NCBI GenBank assembly: GCA_021776825.1
Contig: JAJFFG010000096.1
Span: forward strand, 55,876-119,875
DNA from: Planctomycetota bacterium
GTDB lineage: Bacteria; Planctomycetota; JAJSAM01; JAJVHW01
Direction of reading: 5' to 3'
DNA length: 64,000 nt
Shown here: in pieces, positions 19,455 through 28,537 of the stretch
How positions within the stretch are numbered: position 1 is the stretch's first letter
How the letters are laid out: each line of letters starts with the position of its first letter
The notes under the pieces: generated by a model
Database searches by the model: none
The model's input: the letters and a program-made list of their open reading frames with translations, nothing else
What the model was told of the DNA's origin: nothing
Translations under genes and position numbers: made by a program

Positions 19455-20414
19455 ATGCCTGACGCGCCGCTCCTCGTGCTGCTCGGCCCGACCGCCTCCG
19501 GCAAGGAGTCGGCAGCCGTGTACGCCGCCGCGGAGTTGAACGCCGAGCTCGTGGTCGCCGACTCGGTGAAGCCCTACCGAGGGCTCGAGATCGCCGCGGC
19601 CGCCCCGCCGCCCGACCACGCCGCGCGTGTGCCGCATCACCTGGTCGGAGTTCTCGACCCCCGCGAGCGACTCCACGCCGCACGCTGGTTGACCCTGGCC
19701 GAAGAGGCGTTCGCCGGGATTCGCAGTCGTGGCCGACGTCCGCTCGTAGTGGGCGGCACGGCGCTCTACCTGAAGTCTCTGCTCTTCGGCATGTTCGACG
19801 GTCCGCCCGCCGATCACGTGCTCCGCGGCCGACTGCGCGAGGACGAGGCCGCGGAGCCCGGCACGCTGCACGCGCGGCTGACGAGCGTGGATCCGGTCTC
19901 GGCCGGGCGCATCCATCAAAACGACACAAAGCGGCTCGTCCGAGCTCTCGAGGTCCACGCCGCGACCGGCGCGCCCATCAGCGACGCGCAGCAAGAGTGG
20001 GACTCTGGTCCACGGATCGCCTACCGAGCCGTGGGGCTCCGTCGGTCTCGGGAGGATCTGCGCGGGCGCATCGTCCGCCGCATCGCGCGGATGGTTGCGG
20101 ACGGACTCGTTGAGGAGGTCGCCGATCGACTGGCCGAAGACGCGCTCGGCCCGACGGCCGCCGAAGCGATCGGCGTGAAGGAACTGCTTCCGGAACTCCG
20201 GCGGCGTGCGGCGGGAGAGGCGCCCGATTCGAAGGCACTGGCTGAGGCCATCGAGTCGATCCGAGCGCACACGTGGCAGCTGGCGCGGCGGCAGAACACG
20301 TGGTGGCGCCGCTTCCCCGGTGTCACGTGGCTCGACATGGGCCCCGACGAGTCTCCAGCCGATGGCGGAGCCCGCGTCGCCGCAGCGTTTCGAGAGGATG
20401 CCGGCTCGGCCTGA
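19455..20414 (+). CDS. miaA: tRNA dimethylallyltransferase
   Basis: LGPTASGK, ADS, PHHLV, VVGGTALYL, RIHQNDTKRLVRALEV, AIGVKE, LARRQNTW. Confidence 0.95.
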   Translation: MPDAPLLVLLGPTASGKESAAVYAAAELNAELVVADSVKPYRGLEIAAAAPPPDHAARVPHHLVGVLDPRERLHAARWLTLAEEAFAGIRSRGRRPLVVGGTALYLKSLLFGMFDGPPADHVLRGRLREDEAAEPGTLHARLTSVDPVSAGRIHQNDTKRLVRALEVHAATGAPISDAQQEWDSGPRIAYRAVGLRRSREDLRGRIVRRIARMVADGLVEEVADRLAEDALGPTAAEAIGVKELLPELRRRAAGEAPDSKALAEAIESIRAHTWQLARRQNTWWRRFPGVTWLDMGPDESPADGGARVAAAFREDAGSA

Positions 20415-20550
20415 TCGGGAAGTGCCGCTCGGCATACACGCCCTCGCAGGGATTGGCTGCCTGGCCCCGCGTTTGCGACGTTCCGGTGACGCGGACGGTG
20501 AGAATGAGATCATCGCACGCTCGAGAACCCCTTCCGGAGGCTGGAGATCG

Positions 20551-21480
20551 ATGAAGCGCGCCGTCCTGACGCCCGTCCTAGCCCTCGTGGTGTTCTCGCT
20601 CGCGAACACCGTGTCCCCACCTGCGAACGTCCTTGCGCAGGATCACGGCGGCGTTCGTCGGGCTCCGCAGCAGGCTCCGACCAGCGACAAGAAGGCGCTC
20701 CAGTACGTCGAGGCCGCTGCGAAGCGCCAGGGCGGTGAGGCCCTCGCCCGAACCGGCGGGTTGAACTCGTTCCGGCTCGAGTTCGGACGCGTCATCGTGC
20801 AGCGCCAGATCCCCCAAGAGGACGGCTCCGTCGTGTACGGCACGGACGAGGCCGAGGCCCTCGCGATCGACTGGATGCGTCACGCTGACGCGCAGCCGTC
20901 GTTGAAGACCCGCTGGGTCCTGAACGGCCGCACCACGACGCGCGCGGTCTTCGGGCCGCGTGACTACTACTGGCTCCACGACGGCGACGAACTGACCGCG
21001 ATCAACGCGGAGACGCACCCGGCCGACTACGAGGACATCGCGCTCCACCGACGCCTGTCGCGCACGCTGCTCGACGTCGCCGTGCTCCGCAAGCTACTCG
21101 TCGACGGCAGCGTCTGGAAGATGGTCGACGACCCGTACTACCCGGGCGTCGCCGTCAAGCGCCTGCCGCCGGCCAACGACTCGACGGCGCTGACGTTCAC
21201 GCTCTGGCTCGATCTCGAGACGCAGGACCCCTACGCGGTCCGCGTCGAGCCGATCGAGAAGGGCGCGTCGATCCTCCACTACCGGCTCGGCTACCTGCCG
21301 GGCTACCCGAAGATCGAGGGCGCGAAGATCCGGTTCCCCCAGCGCGTGACCGTCATGGAGCAGCGCATCAAGGAGCAGGAACCGAAGCTCGCGCTCGACC
21401 TGTTCCTGCGGAAGGTCGCCTTCAACGGCGTGACCGAGGACAGTTTCAAGCCGCCCCGCACCAGCTCCCGCGGCCGATGA
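20551..21480 (+). CDS. Secreted protein, possible LolA-like/lipoprotein-sorting fold
   Basis: Signal peptide; YVEAAAKRQGGEAL N-terminal motif and beta-rich body ending FPQRVTV…KVAFN. Confidence 0.65.
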   Translation: MKRAVLTPVLALVVFSLANTVSPPANVLAQDHGGVRRAPQQAPTSDKKALQYVEAAAKRQGGEALARTGGLNSFRLEFGRVIVQRQIPQEDGSVVYGTDEAEALAIDWMRHADAQPSLKTRWVLNGRTTTRAVFGPRDYYWLHDGDELTAINAETHPADYEDIALHRRLSRTLLDVAVLRKLLVDGSVWKMVDDPYYPGVAVKRLPPANDSTALTFTLWLDLETQDPYAVRVEPIEKGASILHYRLGYLPGYPKIEGAKIRFPQRVTVMEQRIKEQEPKLALDLFLRKVAFNGVTEDSFKPPRTSSRGR

Positions 21481-22373
21481 GGGTTCGCGCCGCGCTCGTC
21501 GTTGTCGCGTCGCTCGCGGCACTGGCCACTGCGGGCGACGGCCCCGCGCCAGCACCGAAGAAGACCCCGTTGGCGTTGCTGCGTAAGGCGGCGACGCGTC
21601 AGGGCGGTGCGGAGCTTGCTGCGGCTGGCGGCATCCGTTCGATGCACATCGAGTTCGGCGCTGCACGCGGCTGGGCCGAGGTCACCGGCAAGGACGGCAA
21701 GGTGAGCCGGCCAGACTTCGATCTTGAGGAGCTCTCGCTCGACTGGCTGCGTCACGACGACGGATCGACGTCGCTGCGAACGCGCAGCGTGTCGGACGGT
21801 CTCGTGGAGATTGCCGCCATCAACGGCGCGTACGACGACATCGGCTGGGTCTCGATCGACGGCGAGGTCGAGACGCTCTCAAGGGCTCAGCACCCAGAGC
21901 AGCTACGGCGTCTCACCCAGCAACGGCGCATCATCGACCTATTGGCCGAGGCGATGCTGCTCTCGCCACTCGACGACGAGCAGTGGATGCCGCTACCGAC
22001 CAGCTCCAACGTGAAAGTTCTCCAGGCGGAGAACGTGAAGATCGAGCAGCCACGGACACGCTTCATCCGCATCGGCGCCGCCGATGCTGCTGACGTGATC
22101 GTCGTCGGCGTGGACCAGACGTCCCACGACGTGACATGGGTCCAACTACCGGAGCGGGACACGGTCCCCTGCGTTACCTACGAGCTCGCCTATCACCCGA
22201 CGCTGCCGCATCGGTCGACGACTGCTCCGAGGATGCCGTTCAAGATCACCGACACGGTGTCGGACACGGTCGGCACGGCCAAGCGCCCACGCCTGGTGCT
22301 CGGAGTCTCGCGAGTCGCCCTCAACGAAGTCGACATCCGCGTCCTCGTCCAGCCGAAGCCGAAGAACGACTAG
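21477..22373 (+). CDS. Secreted protein, paralog of the upstream ORF
   Basis: Signal peptide; LLRKAATRQGGAEL…SMHIEFG, LSLDWLRHDDGSTSLRTR shared with 20551-21480; 4-bp overlap. Confidence 0.65.
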   Translation: MRVRAALVVVASLAALATAGDGPAPAPKKTPLALLRKAATRQGGAELAAAGGIRSMHIEFGAARGWAEVTGKDGKVSRPDFDLEELSLDWLRHDDGSTSLRTRSVSDGLVEIAAINGAYDDIGWVSIDGEVETLSRAQHPEQLRRLTQQRRIIDLLAEAMLLSPLDDEQWMPLPTSSNVKVLQAENVKIEQPRTRFIRIGAADAADVIVVGVDQTSHDVTWVQLPERDTVPCVTYELAYHPTLPHRSTTAPRMPFKITDTVSDTVGTAKRPRLVLGVSRVALNEVDIRVLVQPKPKND

Positions 22374-22378
22374 CCTAT

Positions 22379-22441
22379 CTAGCAGCCTGTCGCGTCGACG
22401 ATCTCTCGCACGGCGACGCGCACACTTCGAGAGGCTGCTAG
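22379..22441. mobile_element. 63-bp CTAG-bounded inverted-repeat element (MITE-like, family A copy 1)
   Basis: CTAGCAGCCT…AGGCTGCTAG; right CTAG contains the mutL TAG stop. Confidence 0.7.
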
Positions 22442-24225
22442 CGCTGGAAGTGGCGCCAGAGCTCGCGGAACGAGACGCGCAGCACCGTCGGCCGGCCGTG
22501 CGCACATCCGTGCGGGTTGTCGATCAGGTCGGCGCGACGCATCAGCTCCGCCGCCTGTTCCTCGGTGATCGGGTCGCCGGCCATGATCGCCGAGCGACAC
22601 GCCATGGAGTGCAGCAGCTCATCGAGCAGTTGCTCACGCGTGCCCGCGCCCTTGCCCGCCGTGATGCGCTCCGCGAGCCCGCGCACAACCGTCGCCGGGT
22701 CACGCCGGGAGAGCAGCGCTGGGAGCGCACTCACCGCGATCGCCGTCTCTCCGAACCGGTCCAAGCGGACCCCGATCCCCGCGAGGGCTTCGCGTTCCGC
22801 GAGCACCGCCTCGACGTCGGATCCAGGTAGTTCGACGACGGCCGGGACGAGCAGCGGCTGTACTTCGAGCGAGCCGTCGCGCACGCGTTCGGTCAGGGCC
22901 TCGAGCTGGATGCGCTCGTGGAGCGCGTGCTGATCGACGATCGCGATCCCGCCCTCGACCTCGAACACGAGGAAGGTGTTGCGTACCTGCAAGTAGCGGC
23001 CGGCAGCACGCGGCGCCGGAGCCGAGGAAGTTGGCGGCGGCGAGCCGCTCGAGATCGGTGTGTGCGGACGCGGTGTGGCGGCCCCGTAGAGCGTCGGTCC
23101 CGCCGGAGGGGATGCGGACGGGCCGTGGAGGAACGCCGCGAGCGCCTCCCCCACCGCCTCACGATGCGAGGTCTGCGGAGAGGTCCCCGCTGTCGATCCT
23201 GCGAGCGCATCCGGCACGATCTCAGGCGCGAGATCGGCCCCGAGAAGCGCGCTCCGGACGCCGCGCCGGACGAGCCGGTGAACCGCGTCTCCGTCTTGGA
23301 AGCGCACCTCCGTCTTCGCCGGATGCACGTTCACGTCGACGCACTCAGGGTCCATCTCGAGGAACACGAAGGCGACCGGCTGCTGACCACGCGTGAGCAA
23401 CCCCTCGTACGCATGCCGCAGCGCGTGCGCCAGACGCCGATCTCGGATCGTGCGCCCGTTGAGGTAGATCTGCATCCAAGCCGATGTCCGCCGCGCGAGC
23501 GACGGCGGCGCCACAAAGCCCTCGAGACGCAGGCCGCGCTCCTCACCCGACACCGGGAGTAGCGCCTCGAAGAGCTGCCGTCCGTAGAAGCGCGCAATGC
23601 GAGAGCGTCGGTCGTCCGAAGCGGAGACCCGAACGACGTCGCGCCCATCACGAGCGAGCGAGAACGCCACGTGCGGGTTCGCGATGGCCAGCCGATGCAG
23701 CGCCGCGGTCACGTGCGACATCTCGGTCCCAGGGGCACGCAGGAACTTGCGTCGCGCGGGCACGTAGCGGAACAGGTTGCGGACCTCGACACGCGTCCCC
23801 GGCGGCGCAGCGGCTTCCTCGACGTCGCCGATCTCGCCACCGCGACTCTCGATCGCGTGGCCGTGCGAAGCACCCTGCTCGCGCGAGACGATGCGGCAGT
23901 CCGCGACGGCCCCCATCGATGCCAGCGCCTCGCCCCGGAAGCCGAACGACGCGATGTGATCGAGATCGCCCACGTCCGCGAGTTTGCTCGTCGCGTGCGA
24001 TACGAGGGCCAGGCGGAGATCGTCCGCCCCCATCCCGATCCCGTCGTCGCGCACGACCACGAGATCGCGGCCACCGGAGCGCACCTCGACGTCGATGCGC
24101 GTGGCACCGGCATCGAGCGCGTTCTCGACGAGTTCCTTGACGATTGATGCCGGCCGCTCGACGACCTCGCCGGCGGCGATGCGATCGATCACGCGCGGCG
24201 GCAGCTTGCGAATGCGGGCAACCAT
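22438..24225 (-). CDS. mutL: DNA mismatch repair protein MutL
   Basis: IAAGEVVERPASIVKELVENALDAGAT, SFGFRGEAL, DVNVHPAKTEVRF, DQHALHER, ACRSAI, CAHGRP. Confidence 0.97.
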   Translation of the reverse strand: MVARIRKLPPRVIDRIAAGEVVERPASIVKELVENALDAGATRIDVEVRSGGRDLVVVRDDGIGMGADDLRLALVSHATSKLADVGDLDHIASFGFRGEALASMGAVADCRIVSREQGASHGHAIESRGGEIGDVEEAAAPPGTRVEVRNLFRYVPARRKFLRAPGTEMSHVTAALHRLAIANPHVAFSLARDGRDVVRVSASDDRRSRIARFYGRQLFEALLPVSGEERGLRLEGFVAPPSLARRTSAWMQIYLNGRTIRDRRLAHALRHAYEGLLTRGQQPVAFVFLEMDPECVDVNVHPAKTEVRFQDGDAVHRLVRRGVRSALLGADLAPEIVPDALAGSTAGTSPQTSHREAVGEALAAFLHGPSASPPAGPTLYGAATPRPHTPISSGSPPPTSSAPAPRAAGRYLQVRNTFLVFEVEGGIAIVDQHALHERIQLEALTERVRDGSLEVQPLLVPAVVELPGSDVEAVLAEREALAGIGVRLDRFGETAIAVSALPALLSRRDPATVVRGLAERITAGKGAGTREQLLDELLHSMACRSAIMAGDPITEEQAAELMRRADLIDNPHGCAHGRPTVLRVSFRELWRHFQR

Positions 24226-24228
24226 CGT

Positions 24229-24469
24229 CTAGCCCGGCCTATTCATGAGGCTCGCGCACCCCGTGGCGACCGTCGTCCGGCAGGTCAGGAGCCGCCTGGG
24301 TGCGGGGGCCACGGCTCGCGCGGAGAGGCCCGCCCTGAGCGAGGACTGGTCGTCGAGATCAAGGCGGGCCGACGACCGCGACGTCGTTCCGTCTCGGAGG
24401 AGGCGCAACGCGGAGATCGGCGATCTGGACCGGTCAGGTGTGTGAGTCGTCATGAATAGTCCGGGCTAG
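24229..24469. mobile_element. 241-bp MITE with 20-bp terminal inverted repeats bounded by CTAG
   Basis: CTAGCCCGGCCTATTCATGA (24229-24248) vs TCATGAATAGTCCGGGCTAG (24450-24469), 19/20 complementary; no transposase inside. Confidence 0.85.
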
Positions 24470-25536
24470 GGCAGCCGTCTCACCGCGGCCGCGAGTCGTG
24501 CCACGGCCACGCGCCCCGCGGGACCGCCGGACTTCATGCCGCGGTCGGTCTCGTCGGCGAAGACCGTCATTGCTTCGAGCGAGCGGCGTTGTCGCGAGGA
24601 GGCGGCCTTCAACGCGCTCTGCTGGGCGCTCCACGGAACGCGCCCCAACCACCGGATCTCCCGACGCGAGACGCCGGCATCGATCTGCTCGCTGGCCGTC
24701 AGCGTACGACACAGCGCGGTGACGAAGGACGAGACGAGCCGCACGGCGATGGCCGGTTCACTGCGCGTGACGCGATGACTACCGGTTCGCTCGGGGATGC
24801 CCTCGGCGAAGCACCGCTCGGACTCGATGAGCGCCCCCGTGACATCGCCCTCGACCAGCCGATCGCCGAACGCCCACACGGACCCCTCGCGCGCGCTCAG
24901 GAACAGCGCCTCGACGTCCTCACGCTCGATCGCGGACTTCTCGCCGGCGTGGATGGACAGAACCTCGACCGCGTTGGCCAGTGTCGCGAGGTCGCTTCCC
25001 AGCAGATCCACGAGCAGATCGGCCTCGCCCCGACCGAGACGCTTCTCACGCTCCGCCGCTTGCCGAGCGACGAAGCGGCTCGGGTCCTCACCGCGTTCCC
25101 CGCGACCACCGCAGCGCACCAGCACGCCGGCCTTCTCGACTCCCGCGAGCACCGTCGGCGCGAGGTCGTCCGCCAGCACGACGGCCACCGCGGCTCGCCC
25201 CGGGTTCTTGCACCACGCCAGGAACGCCCGGCGATACCGCACAAGGAGCGGGCCCGCGTGGCGGAGCGCCACGACCTTCTTCGATCCGAACAACGAGCCG
25301 GTGCGTGTCTCGTCGAAGAAGCGAGCGAGGGTGTCCTGATCCACGTCCGACGTGGTCGCCGCAGCTTGCAGCACGATCACGTCGCGACTCCCGGCGTCTC
25401 CGAGGACCGCCTCGGCAACCTGCGCGAGGACCTGCTCGCGGAGATAGCTCTCGGGGCCGACGGCGGCCACGATCGGAGGACCGACACCGTCCTTGAACGC
25501 TCCCGCCACCGCGTCGGGACGCAGTCGCGGGCTCAA
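24466..25536 (-). CDS. holA: DNA polymerase III delta subunit
   Basis: AAVGPESYLREQ, GSLFGSKKVVAL, GSDLATLANAVEVL, SVWAFGDRL pattern; TTG start inferred. Confidence 0.72.
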   Translation of the reverse strand: MSPRLRPDAVAGAFKDGVGPPIVAAVGPESYLREQVLAQVAEAVLGDAGSRDVIVLQAAATTSDVDQDTLARFFDETRTGSLFGSKKVVALRHAGPLLVRYRRAFLAWCKNPGRAAVAVVLADDLAPTVLAGVEKAGVLVRCGGRGERGEDPSRFVARQAAEREKRLGRGEADLLVDLLGSDLATLANAVEVLSIHAGEKSAIEREDVEALFLSAREGSVWAFGDRLVEGDVTGALIESERCFAEGIPERTGSHRVTRSEPAIAVRLVSSFVTALCRTLTASEQIDAGVSRREIRWLGRVPWSAQQSALKAASSRQRRSLEAMTVFADETDRGMKSGGPAGRVAVARLAAAVRRLP

Positions 25537-25543
25537 CGCGGCC

Positions 25544-26089
25544 TCACTCGTCCCCGCGCTCGCGCAGGAGGTCGCCCGGCGAGGAGATCTCGCCGCGGTC
25601 CATCTTCTCCCAGAGCTCGAGCAGGTCGGGACCGGCCTGGAACTCCTGAGTCGACGTCCCCACGACCTGGCCGGCGCGGAGGCTCGCAGCGAGTTGGTCA
25701 GCGAAGACCGGCTCCGTGGCCGTCGGATCGTCGAGCAGCGCGAGCAGCGGGGCGCAGTCTCCGGGCGCCGCGAGTGCGACGCCATCTCGGAGGAGTTCCC
25801 GCAGCCGGCGCAGCCCGGAGAGTTCGCGCCCGATCCGCGCGAGCTCGCGGTCGACCTGGTCTGACTCCCGCGACATGCGCCGGTGTCGTCGGACGAGAGC
25901 GCGCCGCAACGCGGGCGATGCCGTGGCCGCACCGCGCTCGACGAGGTCCGCCTGCTCGATCGCCAGCGTCTCGATCCGAGCGATCGACTGTTCCTCGCGG
26001 ACGGCGAGACGGTTCTGCTGCCGCCGTACCTCCTCGGGGGTCATCTGCGCCGGATCGGCGCCATCGGCGAGCCAACTCGCGAGCGACAT
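25544..26089 (-). CDS. Helical coiled-coil protein (181 aa), ESCRT-III/Snf7/PspA-like candidate
   Basis: ATG at 26089; long amphipathic helical hairpin followed by short helices; coding-like GC3. Confidence 0.7.
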   Translation of the reverse strand: MSLASWLADGADPAQMTPEEVRRQQNRLAVREEQSIARIETLAIEQADLVERGAATASPALRRALVRRHRRMSRESDQVDRELARIGRELSGLRRLRELLRDGVALAAPGDCAPLLALLDDPTATEPVFADQLAASLRAGQVVGTSTQEFQAGPDLLELWEKMDRGEISSPGDLLRERGDE

Positions 26090-26190
26090 TTGAGATCCCT
26101 CTGAACGCTTGGAGAGTCGGGGGCGACCGCACGCCTCCGAGTCGCCCGAGGATACCGCCGGGCCCGGACGCAGGCAGGATTGCCGCTCCG

Positions 26191-27096
26191 TCAGCGCGCG
26201 AGGACGCCGGTCGCTCCCGCCAGCAGCAGAACGCTGCTGAACACGGCGTTCAGGCGAAAGAACGCCACGCCCATTCGCTCGTACCGTCCGGGGCGCACGA
26301 GACGGTGTTCGAGGAGCAGGAGAGACGCTCCGACGGCAAGTCCGACCCACCACACGGGGCCGAGTCCGGCGAGATGGCCGAAGCCCGCGAAGGCGGCCAC
26401 GCAGACGACGTGGAACGACGCAGCAACGGCGAACGCCCGGTGCACACCGAGGACGCTGGGGATGGAGTGGAGCCCCTCCGTCGCGTCCGTGTCGGCGTCG
26501 GGGCACGCATAGACGATGTCGAAGCCCGCGACCCAGAGTGCCACGGCGCCACCGAGCAGCCATGGGGTCAGTTCGACGGCGCGATCCGCGCCCTGGAACG
26601 TCCCGCGCACTGCGGCCCATGCGCCGAGCGGGGCGATCCCGATTGCGCACCCGAGCACCACATGACAGAGCGCCGTGAGCCGCTTCGTCCACGAGTACCC
26701 CACAAGGAACAGCAGGGCGACCGGCGAGAGCATGAGGCACAGCGGATTGAGCGCCGCCGCGGACGCCACGAACGCGATCCCCGCCACCCCCGCGAAGCAC
26801 GCCATCGTCCCACGAGAGACGCGCCCTGCAGGGACGGCCCGGCCGGCGGTGCGTGCGTTGCGCGCATCGATGTGCGCGTCGGCCGCGCGGTTCACGGCCA
26901 TCGCACACGACCGGGCCGCCACCAGAGCAATCAGGATCAGTCCGAACGTCCGCAGCTCGGGCCAACCGTCCGCCGCCACCAACGCCGAGAGGACCAGGAA
27001 CGGCAGCGAGAACAGCGTCTGCTCGAACCGGATGTCCCGGAGGATCTCGGTCAACGAGCCGAGGCCGGGCTGCCCGGTGGGCGCCACACGGCTCAT
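26191..27096 (-). CDS. UbiA-family prenyltransferase (MqnP-like)
   Basis: IRFEQTLFSLPF, AMAVNRAADAHIDARNARTAGR, YSWTKR, GFDIVYACPDADTD. Confidence 0.9.
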   Translation of the reverse strand: MSRVAPTGQPGLGSLTEILRDIRFEQTLFSLPFLVLSALVAADGWPELRTFGLILIALVAARSCAMAVNRAADAHIDARNARTAGRAVPAGRVSRGTMACFAGVAGIAFVASAAALNPLCLMLSPVALLFLVGYSWTKRLTALCHVVLGCAIGIAPLGAWAAVRGTFQGADRAVELTPWLLGGAVALWVAGFDIVYACPDADTDATEGLHSIPSVLGVHRAFAVAASFHVVCVAAFAGFGHLAGLGPVWWVGLAVGASLLLLEHRLVRPGRYERMGVAFFRLNAVFSSVLLLAGATGVLAR

Positions 27097-27707
27097 GCGT
27101 CGCGCGGGGCCTTCCAACGTGAGATGAGCTCCGTGGCCACACCGAGACGATCGAGCGCCTTCGTCACCACCTGGTCCACCAGGTCGCCGATCGCCTTCGG
27201 GCGGTGATAGAACCCCGGCGACGCCGGCACGATCGACGCACCTGCGTCGTGGGCGCGGAGCTGGTTCTCCAGATGGATGCGAGACATCGGCGCCTCGCGC
27301 GGGACGAGCACGAGCGGCCGGCCTTCCTTCAGCATCACGTCTGCCGCTCGCTCGATGACGTTCGACGACGTTCCCGCCACGATGCGGGCGAGCGTCCCCA
27401 TCGAACACGGGATCACGATCATCCCGTCCACCGGATGCGTGCCGGAGCAGATGCCTGCGGCGATGTCGGAGAGCGCCACCGCGCGCACGGTCGCCGGCAC
27501 GTCGACCCCGTCGGCGAGCCGTAGGAGCGTCGCCGGGTTGGGAGCCTCGGGGTCGACGCGCAGGCCCTCCTCGATCTCGAGGACGCGGGCGCCGCCCGTG
27601 CTGACCGCCAGCGTCACGCTGACACCGGCCTCCGTCAGGACGGCGAGGGCGCGCAATCCGTAGCAGACGCCGCTTGCGCCCGAGATCGCGACGACGACGT
27701 GCTTCAC
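27093..27707 (-). CDS. ubiX: Flavin prenyltransferase UbiX
   Basis: VAISGASG, ICSGT, IPCSMGTLA, IERAADVMLKEGRPLVLVPREAP, PASPGFYHRP. Confidence 0.95.
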   Translation of the reverse strand: MKHVVVAISGASGVCYGLRALAVLTEAGVSVTLAVSTGGARVLEIEEGLRVDPEAPNPATLLRLADGVDVPATVRAVALSDIAAGICSGTHPVDGMIVIPCSMGTLARIVAGTSSNVIERAADVMLKEGRPLVLVPREAPMSRIHLENQLRAHDAGASIVPASPGFYHRPKAIGDLVDQVVTKALDRLGVATELISRWKAPRDA

Positions 27708-28423
27708 GCCCACGACTCCGGTCGCGTGCCGACGTGCACGGTCACGATCCCGAACGTCTGCGTGAGAACGTGGACGTCTTCGAGCCCGCACTCCTCGACG
27801 ATCCGCGCGAGCTCGTGACGGTCGGGGAACGACAGCACGGAGCGCGGCAGGTAGCCGTACGCGTTGCGTTTCCCGCCCGCGACCAGGTTGCCGAGGATCG
27901 GGAGCAGGATCAGGAAGTAGACGTAGTACACGAAGCGGAAGAGCGGGTTCGCCGGCTGCGTGAACTCGAGGATCGCGATCCGTCCGCCGGGCGCCGTGAC
28001 GCGCGCCATCTCCCGGATGCCGCTCCGCAGGTCCGCGACGTTCCGGATGCCGAACCCCACCGTCACCGCACGGAACACGCCCGAGCGGAACGGCAGTCGG
28101 AGCGTGTCCGCGACGCCGAGGCGTGGGGCGCCGCGCTCGTCACCAACCTTGTCCGAGCCGAGGCGCACCATCTCCTCGCAGAAGTCCGTGCCGATCGTCG
28201 TCCCACCGGCGCCCGCCGCGGCGGCGAGTTCGATCGCCAGATCGGCCGTCCCGGTACAGACGTCGAGGACCCGATCGCCCGGACGGACACCGGCAGCCTT
28301 CACGGCGAAGCGTCGCCAGCCCTTGTCCTGGTTCAAGGAGAGAACATGGTTCAGGACGTCGTAGGTGCCGGCGATGGCGGCAAACATGCCGCGGATTCGA
28401 GCCGGTTCCTGCATGGGCTGCAT
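27704..28423 (-). CDS. menG: Demethylmenaquinone methyltransferase UbiE/MenG
   Basis: MFAAIAGTYDVLNHVLSLNQDKGWRR, LDVCTGTADLA, GFGIRNVAD, YGYLPRSV. Confidence 0.93.
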   Translation of the reverse strand: MQPMQEPARIRGMFAAIAGTYDVLNHVLSLNQDKGWRRFAVKAAGVRPGDRVLDVCTGTADLAIELAAAAGAGGTTIGTDFCEEMVRLGSDKVGDERGAPRLGVADTLRLPFRSGVFRAVTVGFGIRNVADLRSGIREMARVTAPGGRIAILEFTQPANPLFRFVYYVYFLILLPILGNLVAGGKRNAYGYLPRSVLSFPDRHELARIVEECGLEDVHVLTQTFGIVTVHVGTRPESWA

Positions 28424-28454
28424 GACACGAGTATCGACGGAACACCGCGGAACA

Positions 28455-28492
28455 CCGAGAACAGTGAATTCCTTCGCCGTGCGCGTTCTTCC
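28455..28492 (+). repeat. 38-bp direct repeat, copy 1 (downstream of HNH gene)
   Basis: CCGAGAACAGTGAATTCCTTCGCCGTGCGCGTTCTTCC; 33/38 identical to 29293-29330. Confidence 0.8.
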
Positions 28493-28537
28493 GCGCCGCG
28501 CGCGCCCGTGCGCGATATCGAAACTCCACGCTGGGGG

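Noticed and set aside
24229-24453. 74-aa minus ORF and 66-aa plus ORF inside the 241-bp element
   Set aside because: Their ATG/TAG codons come from the terminal inverted repeats and the products resemble no transposase; treated as by-products.
24589-27207. Long antisense/shadow ORFs (e.g. 24589-27207 +, 4995-6920 -, 56593-59403 +, 48538-50295 +)
   Set aside because: They overlap well-supported genes on the other strand, have Arg/Ala/Pro-rich non-protein-like composition, and are expected at ~70% GC.
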